A stretch of DNA of 57,807 nucleotides from Streptomyces virus Yaboi (IMGVR_UViG_2974625447_000001:1-57807), one strand, 5' to 3'. Numbered from the stretch's first letter, positions 1 through 8,232 are shown. The notes: generated from the letters alone by a model not told the origin. Translations and numbers: made by a program.

Positions 1-228
1 ACGCAGGTAAATCAGCGGCGAAACACACGCATTTCCTTCATTTCTAAGGCCAGAAGGGGGTTCCAGCCTTCAATATGCAGCCAAGATACGCAGCCAGCCT
101 TTTAAATCCATCAATCAGGCCCTAAAACAGCCCTTCAAAACAAGGAGAAATCGGCCTGTTTCCTTCCAAAATCAATCAAAAATGCCCCAAAACCTGCGAA
201 AACTAGCCAAATCTGCAAAATTTTGGAC

Positions 229-690
229 ACTTTCGTAAAGGGCATGCCAGATAGACCTTAGAATCATAGGATGTTGGGCAGATTTTGCCTTCATTCGTAA
301 AGCAGCCTGGCTAGACAGCCTGATTATGCAGCCATGATAGTCAGCCAGAGTATTCAGACATGACAGACTGATTGTTCTCTGTGTCTTATATGTAGAATTG
401 ACCCGGTGGGTAGTAGTTAGTTGTTATATGTCTTATATAGAGCAAGGGCACCTAGACCACCGGCCCAACATCTCTCCTTGTACTATGTCTTATATCGTAA
501 AACAGAAGAAGCCTGCCAAAAAGAACTGGCAGGCTTTGTTGCATGTCTTATATAAGACAGACCGAACTAACGATCTTCAATTTGAATTCGTAAAATCGTC
601 CGGGTTTTCAGGCCCATTCGTAAAGGCCCGGAAATTCGAGCCCGGAAATTTTGACGCCTATCGTAAAGGGCGAAAAATCGGACATCAGGG
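229..690. repeat. Terminal non-coding block of short repeats
   Basis: TGTCTTATAT at 382, 429, 486, 544 (the last is part of the perfect palindrome TGTCTTATATAAGACA, 544-559); TCGTAAA at 233, 295, 495, 588, 618, 661; CCCGGAAATT at 627, 641. Confidence 0.8.
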
Positions 691-909
691 TCAAATCAAA
701 AAATAGATGTACAGTGATGCTGTTAGTTAGAGTAAGCAATGAACCGCCCCGGCTAGCGCTACGCGCCACAGGATAAAATTGAAAGGTCCCTGGGCTGCTG
801 CCGACCATCAGCTATTTAACCCCTTGCCAGAACTGACTGATAGGGGACCCAGGAACACAACCTCATGACCTCACTACAATAGTGTAACAAGGTCATCGCT
901 CTGTGTCAA

Positions 910-1113
910 TCACCACTCCAGCTCATCGACCACACAGTAGTGAGAGACGAACGGAACGACCCACCGAGTGTTGAGCAGCTTGCCCCTTTCCTCCCACAGA
1001 GTGAGAGTCTTGGTTTCGTTGTTCATCTCGATACCGTTGGTCATGATCCCTGTGAATTCCAGCTCCCTTCGGACGCCTTCTTCGAGAACGATCACAGTTA
1101 CGGTGTGAGTCAT
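910..1113 (-). CDS. Hypothetical protein, 67 aa
   Basis: ORF with own promoter (1135-1163) and GAAGGG RBS. Confidence 0.8.
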   Translation of the reverse strand: MTHTVTVIVLEEGVRRELEFTGIMTNGIEMNNETKTLTLWEERGKLLNTRWVVPFVSHYCVVDELEW

Positions 1114-1183
1114 GCGATTCCCTTCGTTGGTACTAGTCTAACAGAGTACAAGGGACATGTCTACCACCGGCCAAAATAGCCGG

Positions 1184-1201
1184 GGCGGCCCGAAGGCCGC
1201 C
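1184..1201 (-). terminator. GC-rich hairpin with C(UUCG)G-type loop; representative of the cassette hairpins
   Basis: GGCGGCC-CGAA-GGCCGCC. Similar hairpins near 1600, 2802, 3308, 5697, 6153, 6743, 7224, 7755, 8210, 8893, 9608 and 9989, each just after a stop codon. Most lack a U-tract. Confidence 0.65.
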
Positions 1202-1208
1202 CGTGGGC

Positions 1209-1523
1209 TTAGTTCCAATAGGACTCGGACTCGTAGTCCTCCATCATTTCCTCGAAAGCCTCAGCGAGCCACACAGCCCGCTCCTTACGACGGATCTCAC
1301 GGCGGAGGAGAGGACCCTTCTCACCCTCATCCGCGTAGCGGTGGGGCAGGATGCGGCTGCTGGCACTGACACCGCCGTTGGCGCTGGAGTTCTGAGAGCA
1401 GAATCCGCAGCGGCAGCTACGACGACCGGTGCCGGGAATCGGAATGCCCTTGGCACTGTTGGCAAAGGCGACGGAGCGACGGTGGCCCACGATGCGGTCC
1501 TGAGTGAGCGCGTAGTAACCCAT
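1209..1523 (-). CDS. Hypothetical protein, ~104 aa, CxCxxC motif and basic C-terminus
   Basis: Start moved to ATG 1523 because of GGAAGGA RBS and the promoter at 1550-1578. Confidence 0.75.
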   Translation of the reverse strand: MGYYALTQDRIVGHRRSVAFANSAKGIPIPGTGRRSCRCGFCSQNSSANGGVSASSRILPHRYADEGEKGPLLRREIRRKERAVWLAEAFEEMMEDYESESYWN

Positions 1524-1626
1524 ACAATTCCTTCCCTCGAACTGATACGAGTCTAGCAGAGTAGTCGGCCATTGTCTACCCGAACCGGGGCGGCCAAAAG
1601 CCCCCGCCGAAGCGGGGGCCATTGAC

Positions 1627-2628
1627 TCAGGAAGCCAGAGCGAAGCCCAGGACAGCCCTACGGATCTTGTTCTTCTCGGAGTTGATCACCGGGTCGAAAC
1701 CGGAAGCAGCGGCGAAGAGGTTGTCCACCTCGCCCTTACGCGGCATGCGGTACCAGTCCAGACGCTCCGTCAGGGCGTTCAGCGCACCCGCCATGGTGCC
1801 CTGGAGAGACTGAGTGGTCTTGGGGCCGTCGCCCGTGTCGGTGAAGATCCCCATCAGCAGGTCACGCTTGTTGTCCCACTTGACCTGAGAACCCTTGACG
1901 TTCTCCTTGGGACGGTCGCCGTAGACCTCACGGATGATCTCATCGAACTGGTTCTTCGTGCACTCCGTGCGGAACAGCTCGTTCATCTCACGCTCGAACT
2001 CATCGGCGTAGGCGAACGTGATGCTCAGAGCCTCACGCGCAGCGGCCATGCGGCCCTCGATAGTCTGCGTGTGGCGCATCTTGAACGTCTGCTTCACACC
2101 GTTACGGAGTGCGAAGTTCAGCGTGTTCTGACACACGACACGGACCGGGGTGACGCTCGCCTGCACCGCAAGAGAGCCGTCGTGGGAGGTGTTGACCAGA
2201 AGATACATGTTGGTCACGTCGTCGTCACCGACCAGCACCTCACGGCCGATACGCAGAGATCCGAAGACCTGCGTACCATCCTTGATAGAACCGGCAGTTT
2301 CCCACGTGCCACCGCCCGCGAGGATGCCGTCACCGAAGGCGAACAGCTCCTCATTCTGGACGACCTTGTATCGCTCCGCGACGATACCGAGAGAGTCCGC
2401 CTCGCCGTCGAACGGGTTGGTACGGATCACCTCGAAAGCGTTCTTCTTTGTGCGCCCCTTGCGCTCCAGCAGTTCCAGCCGGACGTTCCAGTTGGAAAGG
2501 TGTGCCAGGTCCAGCATCTCTCGCGTGGACAGCTCACCCTCGAAAACAGTGCCAAGGTTGTGCCAGGCAGGCTCAGCGCGGGTGGCGAAGGCGACCTGAC
2601 CCCTGGAACCAATCTCAAGACCGTGCAT
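1627..2628 (-). CDS. DUF932-family phage/plasmid-like protein
   Basis: Motifs PAWHNLG, RYKVVQN, AGSIKDG, YLLVNTSHDGS, VRVVCQNT are typical of DUF932. AGGAG RBS before ATG 2628. Confidence 0.85.
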   Translation of the reverse strand: MHGLEIGSRGQVAFATRAEPAWHNLGTVFEGELSTREMLDLAHLSNWNVRLELLERKGRTKKNAFEVIRTNPFDGEADSLGIVAERYKVVQNEELFAFGDGILAGGGTWETAGSIKDGTQVFGSLRIGREVLVGDDDVTNMYLLVNTSHDGSLAVQASVTPVRVVCQNTLNFALRNGVKQTFKMRHTQTIEGRMAAAREALSITFAYADEFEREMNELFRTECTKNQFDEIIREVYGDRPKENVKGSQVKWDNKRDLLMGIFTDTGDGPKTTQSLQGTMAGALNALTERLDWYRMPRKGEVDNLFAAASGFDPVINSEKNKIRRAVLGFALAS

Positions 2629-2826
2629 CTTTGCTCCTAGTGTAGTCGTTTCTTCTAGCTTACTGCCATCATGACTGTCTGTCAAAGTAGTCACGCTGGC
2701 CTGCCGAACGGGGTTTCCCCCTGTTCATGTTCTTAGTCTAACAGGGTCGGCCTGATCTGTCGAAGAGATTTGGGACATGATCATTTCGCCGGGGCGGCTT
2801 TGCGGCCCCGGAGGGCCGCTAGCCAA

Positions 2827-3219
2827 TTAGGGAATCATGCCGAGCGGTTCCCACGTTTCGATAATCTCGTCATCCGTGACAGCCGCTACAGCCTGGTACT
2901 CACCCTCTCGCACGTTCGAAGAGGTGTCATAGACAACGACACGGTAACCCGCATCGTCCAAGTCGTAGCCGAAGTTTTCGAACCAGCGTGCGACTTGATC
3001 CGGGGAGGTGAGAACACAGTATTCGTTCTCCTCGATTCCCCCGAAAATGTCGGTCCACGGAGTGGGGTGCGTCTCGTCCACGTGCTCACGGCACAGACGA
3101 TTGGAAACGGCCTTTACCTTCTCGTCGGAAGAATTCCAGCCCTCACGGTAAGGGCCAGACCAGCTTCCCGAACTGTTGCCCACGTGCTCAGGCGGCAGGG
3201 CAACACGGTAAACGATCAC
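2827..3219 (-). CDS. Conserved-type phage hypothetical protein (YRV...GPY...HPxP motifs)
   Basis: GTG start with GGAGG RBS; own promoter at 3251-3280. Confidence 0.75.
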   Translation of the reverse strand: MIVYRVALPPEHVGNSSGSWSGPYREGWNSSDEKVKAVSNRLCREHVDETHPTPWTDIFGGIEENEYCVLTSPDQVARWFENFGYDLDDAGYRVVVYDTSSNVREGEYQAVAAVTDDEIIETWEPLGMIP

Positions 3220-3328
3220 GATTCCTCCAATGTCTCCCAACGTTTAGACCAGTCTAACGGATGGTCAGCAGTCTTGGCAAGGCGCGTTAGCTAGATCTTT
3301 TAGCCGGGGCGGCCCGAAGGCCGCTTTG

Positions 3329-3673
3329 TCAATCTCCCATGCGAATGATGATCTGCTCAATGACGAACCGGCACACAGCAGCTCGATTGTATTCGTCGTC
3401 ATTGCGCGTAGTGCCGTTAGCCTCTTTTGCAGCCATTGCGTTAATGATAGCTACGGCCAGGTCAAAGAGAGGCTTTTGCAATGACTCATGTTCACTGCAC
3501 ATCAGGTAAGCAAGGGTGTGGGCGTCGAATGTACGCTTATTGAGAACGGAAAGGATTTTGTCGGCATCCTTTTCCGCCGGGCTTCGACGTGTAGACGTTA
3601 CTCGCGCGCCCTGATATACATCGGGCGCGATGACTGTTGTTTCTGCCAGTCGAAAGATGTCGCCATTAGCCAT
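3329..3673 (-). CDS. Hypothetical protein, 114 aa
   Basis: GGAGG RBS; ends at a cassette hairpin. Confidence 0.8.
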   Translation of the reverse strand: MANGDIFRLAETTVIAPDVYQGARVTSTRRSPAEKDADKILSVLNKRTFDAHTLAYLMCSEHESLQKPLFDLAVAIINAMAAKEANGTTRNDDEYNRAAVCRFVIEQIIIRMGD

Positions 3674-3714
3674 TACGCCTCCAATAAAGCGGCCCCCTTT
3701 CGGGGGCCGCAGTC

Positions 3715-3876
3715 CTACTTGGGTTCGAAGTCTTGCGTATTCCCATATCCGTCAGATACGCTGACAGACATTCCGAGTACCGTTGCCAGGAAGGGGCCGA
3801 GAGCTTGGATCATGCTCCATGCCTGATCTTCCTGGTCATCTCCGTTGGGCTCGATTTCGAGCATGACGTTGGCCAT
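3715..3876 (-). CDS. Small hypothetical protein, 53 aa (MANVMLEIEPNGDDQEDQAWSMIQALG...)
   Basis: Translated by hand. It fills the gap between the Lsr2-like stop and the hairpin at 3689-3710. Confidence 0.6.
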   Translation of the reverse strand: MANVMLEIEPNGDDQEDQAWSMIQALGPFLATVLGMSVSVSDGYGNTQDFEPK

Positions 3877-3885
3877 ACTTCTACC

Positions 3886-4398
3886 TTACTTGCTCTTGAC
3901 TTCAACGTCAAGGCCGAGTACGACCGGGGAGCCGCAGCCGCAGTGAGACAGAGAATAGCCGCACTTGCAGACTTCCCGCTCACTGAACTTCCAGACCTTA
4001 CCCTTACGGTCCACCGCGAGGTATTCGACATTCTTCCCACGGGTCGGCTCCGCGTGCGGACGAACATCCTTGCCGGTCGGTGCCTTCACACCGGAAACGG
4101 CCTCCGCCTTCACATCCGGATTGGCCTTTGCGTACGCCTCCAGAATCTCACTGGAAATACGGCCACGGGAGTTGACCTCGATACCGTTGGCCTTGGCCCA
4201 GGCACGGACCTTCTTTGCGTCATAGGCACCGGCCTTGACGGTGGCGGGCTTGTTGGTACGGACCACGCCCGTGTCAGCGAAGACGGTACCCTTGGCCTCA
4301 GCAGCCTCGATAGCCGCGTAAGCGGCCTTAGACATGCGACCCCTCTTGCCCATCTCGGCAAGGCCCAGGCTGGCGGCGTACTCACGACGAGTCTGCAT
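3886..4398 (-). CDS. lsr2: Lsr2-like DNA-binding protein with two RGR domains and a Cys-rich tail
   Basis: VRAWAKANGIEVNSRGRISSEILEAY matches the Lsr2 C-terminal domain. A second similar unit (REYAASLGL..KRGRMS) lies at the N-terminus. Confidence 0.85.
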   Translation of the reverse strand: MQTRREYAASLGLAEMGKRGRMSKAAYAAIEAAEAKGTVFADTGVVRTNKPATVKAGAYDAKKVRAWAKANGIEVNSRGRISSEILEAYAKANPDVKAEAVSGVKAPTGKDVRPHAEPTRGKNVEYLAVDRKGKVWKFSEREVCKCGYSLSHCGCGSPVVLGLDVEVKSK

Positions 4399-4508
4399 TT
4401 TGGTCCCTTCGTTGTCCTTCGTTGTACCTTAAGCATAACAGAGGTGTCGGAGGGCGGCAACATAAAATTTGTCCGATTTGTCTCGCCGCCCCGGCCCGAA
4501 GGCCCGCA

Positions 4509-5234
4509 CTATTTCTTAGTGCGAGAGAACCGGATATCTGCCTTACCGAAAATGCAAAGGCCACACGTTACGCACGCGCCACCCTTTTCGGTAATGAGAG
4601 GAATCCTCTTTGCATTCTCCGGGCACATTCCACCGGGAACACCCGTGAGAGTTTCGAGAATTTCCTTGCCTTCGTTGAAGGTCTCGCCAAGATAGGCAAG
4701 CTTCACACCCGGATTGTCAGCCGCGCAAAGAAGCCCGGCGTTAAGGTTTTCCTTGTCTACGCTGAGATAGACAGACAGGTTAGGAATGGACGTGATGAAT
4801 CCTACATACTCGAATGAACGAGTGTAGATCCAGAAATGCACGTCGGGGAATGCGAGGCAGGTTGTCTCAATTGCCTCCGCATATGCAGCCGAGAAAATGT
4901 CACCATCGGCGTGCCAACGGAAAAGCCTGGGGACGTTGTGCTTCTCGCACTCAGTCACAAACTCACCGATCATCTCACCCAAAAGTGAGATCATCTCGGC
5001 AAGGGAGGCATCCTTGAGCAATTCCCAATTGTGCATGGCGACTGCCAGGAATGCCGGATACTGCTTTTCGATCCTACCCGCATAGCAGATAGTCTCACAA
5101 ACTCCCGTAGCACCGGGGCAGGAAAACGCCTTGCCAGACGGCAGAGAAAAGGCGTTTTTGATCAGCGATTGCTTCCCGGCCTTGTTGGCTCGGACGGTGG
5201 TCTTCCGGTCGTTCGTTCGCTTGAGTGCGTTCAT
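4509..5234 (-). CDS. GP88-like (radical-SAM-related) Fe-S protein
   Basis: FSLPSG..CPGATGVCETICYA, FRWHADGD, WIYTRS and a C-terminal CPE..CxxCxxC, as in the mycobacteriophage GP88 family. Confidence 0.7.
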   Translation of the reverse strand: MNALKRTNDRKTTVRANKAGKQSLIKNAFSLPSGKAFSCPGATGVCETICYAGRIEKQYPAFLAVAMHNWELLKDASLAEMISLLGEMIGEFVTECEKHNVPRLFRWHADGDIFSAAYAEAIETTCLAFPDVHFWIYTRSFEYVGFITSIPNLSVYLSVDKENLNAGLLCAADNPGVKLAYLGETFNEGKEILETLTGVPGGMCPENAKRIPLITEKGGACVTCGLCIFGKADIRFSRTKK

Positions 5235-5303
5235 GGATCGATTCTATCAGTGAGTGCCAGGTCTGTGCAACATGTTTCAACTAAGATCAAAAAGCCGGGG
5301 CGG

Positions 5304-5615
5304 TTACCCGCGCGCTCCGGGCCAACCGAGTTCTTCCCATTGCCAGTCAAAGCAATCATCGGACTCTTCGAAGATCGGAATCTCTTCGATCCCCAAAAGA
5401 TAAGCAATCATCAGACGGTGATGACCGTTGTAGAAGGTATTGGTTTGGAAATCATACACGCATCCAGCCTGAATGCCGTGCTGTGCGACAGAAGAGACAA
5501 ACTCCCAATCAATATGGTTGAGCTTGTCATAGAACATTTCCCACTTGGTTTCTCCGTCAAGCTGGTCGTTGAAGATCGCGTTCTTCATCAGCCATTCGAC
5601 GTTCGCCATGATCAT
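5304..5615 (-). CDS. ParB/Srx N-terminal-like small protein (paralog 1)
   Basis: NGHHRLMIAYLLG (the GHHR motif of the ParB/Srx fold); AGGAGG RBS. Confidence 0.7.
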   Translation of the reverse strand: MIMANVEWLMKNAIFNDQLDGETKWEMFYDKLNHIDWEFVSSVAQHGIQAGCVYDFQTNTFYNGHHRLMIAYLLGIEEIPIFEESDDCFDWQWEELGWPGARG

Positions 5616-5660
5616 GGTGTCCTCCTGTCGCTAATGACAGCTTACATCATCATGCTCCGA

Positions 5661-5730
5661 GATGCAACACTTTTTCAAAAGAGCCGGGGCGGCCAAACGG
5701 CCCCCGAAGGGGCCGTTGGCTAGATGATCA
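5661..5730. repeat. 70-bp exact direct repeat, copy 1 (copy 2 at 8857-8926)
   Basis: Base-by-base comparison. It contains a stop codon, hairpin, box and -35 element. Confidence 0.9.
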
Positions 5731-5892
5731 CTTGGGGGCGACCTCGAAGTCGTCCAGGCCGAGCGCGATGGTCTCGAACTCGTTGGCCATGTTTTCGGTC
5801 ATCTCGGCGGTGATGTTGCGGACCAGACGGACACGCGCGGTGGCGGTCATGGGGGTCTCAGCGATGACCTTGGCGATGGCGAGAGCCTTCAT
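5728..5892 (-). CDS. Small hypothetical protein, 54 aa (MKALAIAKVIAETPMTATARVRL...)
   Basis: Translated by hand; own promoter (5922-5950), GAAAGG RBS, GC3-rich codons. Confidence 0.75.
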   Translation of the reverse strand: MKALAIAKVIAETPMTATARVRLVRNITAEMTENMANEFETIALGLDDFEVAPK

Positions 5893-5947
5893 TTTAGAGC
5901 CTTTCGTCGTGGTGTGTTCTTAGTCTAGCGTATCGAGCTTGGCTTGT

Positions 5948-6046
5948 CTACTCGCAGTCCACCAGAATTTCCATGTCGTCCAGGTGCGCGTCGGCACCGT
6001 AGGTGTCGTCCTGCTCGTCGGTGATCTTCGCAAGGGTGACGGCCAT
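5948..6046 (-). CDS. Acidic 32-aa peptide (MAVTLAKITDEQDDTYGADAHLDDMEILVDCE)
   Basis: Own promoter (6087-6116) and GAGGTGG RBS. The stop codon overlaps the next -35. Confidence 0.65.
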   Translation of the reverse strand: MAVTLAKITDEQDDTYGADAHLDDMEILVDCE

Positions 6047-6130
6047 GGGAACCACCTCTCCGGGATTTCTCCCTTTCGATGTCTCTAGTCTAACAGACGC
6101 AAGGGATAGGGGGCAACACGAATCTTTCAA

Positions 6131-6170
6131 GATCTTTTGACCGGGGCGGTTCGCGCCCCGAAGGGCGCTA
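6131..6170. repeat. 40-bp exact direct repeat, copy 1 (copy 2 at 9586-9625)
   Basis: GATCTTTTGACCGGGGCGGTTCGCGCCCCGAAGGGCGCTA at both sites. Confidence 0.9.
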
Positions 6171-6174
6171 GCCG

Positions 6175-6636
6175 TTAGCCGTTGCAGACCGGGCAGTCCG
6201 AGTCACAGCCGTAGCTGTAGCTGTCTTCGTACTCGTAGCTCTCCGCGCGTTCCAGGTCGCTGATGTGGTCCTCGATCAGCTTCTTCGCTTCCGCGATGCT
6301 GAGGAACGGGAACTTGTCCCGCAGCGCCTTGATGCAGACGATCTTGAAGGTTCGTCCGTTGTCGGCCACGATGCCGGGCACGGCCTGCCGCACCTCGTTG
6401 GCGGCGTAGTCCTCGATGCTGCGCAGACGGATCATCTCCTCACGGGAGACGGTCAGACCCTCGTTCCGGGCCTGAATTCGACCCTCCGTCACGCCGACCT
6501 TGTGGCCGTTCGCGTAGCTGGTGTTGATCACCGGCTGGAACTCGTTGACGATTCGGTCCGCCAGCTCGTAGGCGTCGGCCAGGCTCATGTCCAGCTCGGC
6601 GTCGTTGAACAGGTTCACGATCTTCGCGGCGTCCAT
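6175..6636 (-). CDS. Protein with ribosomal L7/L12 C-terminal-like motif (paralog 1)
   Basis: KIVCIKALRDKFPFLSIAEAKKLIE versus the bL12 consensus KIxxIKxxRxxxxLGLKEAKxxVE. Confidence 0.6.
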   Translation of the reverse strand: MDAAKIVNLFNDAELDMSLADAYELADRIVNEFQPVINTSYANGHKVGVTEGRIQARNEGLTVSREEMIRLRSIEDYAANEVRQAVPGIVADNGRTFKIVCIKALRDKFPFLSIAEAKKLIEDHISDLERAESYEYEDSYSYGCDSDCPVCNG

Positions 6637-6767
6637 GAATTCCTCTCTTAGAGGGTGTTTCCCTCTTTGATGTCTCTAGTCTAGCAAGGAAGGGGGAGCG
6701 AATGCAACATGATTCTTGAAGATCTTTTCGCCGGGGCGGCTAGCGGGGCCGAAGCCCCGCCGCCTAT

Positions 6768-7124
6768 CTACCGACGCCCCATGGGAAGGCCCTTCCGAGC
6801 CGCTTCCCTTTCCAGCTCCCAACCGTTGTTTGTCTCTTCCGGGTGGATGTACTCCACTTCGGTGATCCCGAGCAGGTACGCGACGAGCAGCCGGTGATGA
6901 CCATTGGTCACCATGTTCGTGCTGGGGTTGTAGACGATGGGAGTCTGAATGCCGTCACGCTCGATGGACTCGATGAACTGCCGGGGAAGCTCATCGAACT
7001 TCTCCAGCATGCACCGTTCCTTGTCATCCATCCAACGGGAGCCGAAGCGCCCACGTTCCCGAGAGTTTTCCGCGTCACCGAAGATCGCATCGTGCCAAAG
7101 CTTTTCGACGTTGACCTTGGGCAT
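6768..7124 (-). CDS. ParB/Srx N-terminal-like small protein (paralog 2)
   Basis: SIERDGIQTPIV...NGHHRLLVAYLLG is a ParBc-like signature. Confidence 0.75.
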   Translation of the reverse strand: MPKVNVEKLWHDAIFGDAENSRERGRFGSRWMDDKERCMLEKFDELPRQFIESIERDGIQTPIVYNPSTNMVTNGHHRLLVAYLLGITEVEYIHPEETNNGWELEREAARKGLPMGRR

Positions 7125-7249
7125 CTTCACTCCTGAGTCTCGCCCTGTTGGTAATTCGAGTATAGCGAAGCATGTGATGAGGAGTCAACTCAACTCATCA
7201 AGATCTTTTGACCGGGGCGGCTAGGCCGCCCGAAGGCGGCCCGGCGCGA

Positions 7250-7393
7250 TTAGATCCAGTTCCAGCCGATGTGGAGCAGTGCTCCGATGACCATGATCAG
7301 AAAGGCGGTGATGCCGATGTTGACCAGAAAGAGCAGAACAGCAGTCGGGCCGTTAACGTTGGAGGCGGTGATCGGACCCTTGATGTTGTACAT
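7250..7393 (-). CDS. Small membrane protein, 47 aa
   Basis: Translated by hand (MYNIKGPITASNVNGPTAVLLFLVNIGITAFLIMVIGALLHIGWNWI); AGGAG RBS. Confidence 0.7.
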   Translation of the reverse strand: MYNIKGPITASNVNGPTAVLLFLVNIGITAFLIMVIGALLHIGWNWI

Positions 7394-7507
7394 GACGCTC
7401 CTAGAATATCGATCCGACGATTGTTGCTGCTGTCCACAATCCTAGCAGACCTAGGCAGACAAGGAAAGGTATGAGGACCAGCAATCCTACACACCCGATG
7501 ATCTTTG

Positions 7508-7666
7508 TCAGATCCACTCAAGCGGGTCGTAGTCGAAGATGTCTCGGTGATCACGGAAGCGATTGGCACGCTCCCTGCGGATCTTGCCGAGCTTCTTCAC
7601 TTCCTTGATCTTCTGGTTCTTGTTGCGGTACTTCTCGACGCGCTGTGCACGGAGATCGCTTCGCAT
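7508..7666 (-). CDS. Small basic protein, 52 aa
   Basis: Translated by hand (MRSDLRAQRVEKYRNKNQKIKEVKKLGKIRRERANRF...); own promoter at 7691-7719. Confidence 0.7.
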   Translation of the reverse strand: MRSDLRAQRVEKYRNKNQKIKEVKKLGKIRRERANRFRDHRDIFDYDPLEWI

Positions 7667-7776
7667 CTTCGTTCCCTTCGTTCTGACTCAAGTATATAGG
7701 GAGAGAGGGCCAGATGCAACACGTCTAAGGAAGATCTTTTCGCCGGGGCGGCTAGCGCCCCGAAGGGCGCAGCCGA

Positions 7777-8112
7777 TCAGTTGTCCATGATCGTGTGATA
7801 GAAGTTCTGGTAGGAACGCGCGCCGTCGATGGCGTCCTGCAAGCTGTCGTAGCCCATGAAGTCGTCCAGGGTCTCGATCTTGAAGAAGCCGTCCACGTTG
7901 CGCGTCGCGTAGCGGAGGCTGTAGGACTTGTACTTCGGGTCGTCCATGTACTCGGACGTGATGAAGATTACGCCACGCTGGCCGATGGGGAAGAGGTCGT
8001 TCTCATAGAGTTCGGTGTTGAAGAACCGCATGGACGAGCTGGAGAACCAGTGGAGCGCCTGCGAAGTGGTCTCGCGGGAAGCCTTCTTGATCTGGTCCAT
8101 CGTGGAAAACAT
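7777..8112 (-). CDS. Conserved-type phage hypothetical protein (HWFSxxSMRFF motif)
   Basis: ATG 8112 with GAGAGG RBS, downstream of promoter 8141-8170. Confidence 0.8.
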   Translation of the reverse strand: MFSTMDQIKKASRETTSQALHWFSSSSMRFFNTELYENDLFPIGQRGVIFITSEYMDDPKYKSYSLRYATRNVDGFFKIETLDDFMGYDSLQDAIDGARSYQNFYHTIMDN

Positions 8113-8232
8113 TTGCGTTCCTCTCGCTCGGTGTAAGTAGAGTCTAACACAGTCCAACGACAGAGTACAACACCAATTTCTCAAGATCTTTTGACCGCCC
8201 CGGCCAAATGGCCCCCGAAGGGGCCAGATGAC

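Noticed and set aside
398-808. ORFs 398-706 (+) and 608-808 (-)
   Set aside because: They run through the repeat block, with no RBS and no protein-like composition.
1179-1189. Box as a restriction site (GCCN5GGC, BglI/SfiI-like)
   Set aside because: Many copies have A/T at the outer positions and the core is invariant. Phages deplete rather than enrich such sites.
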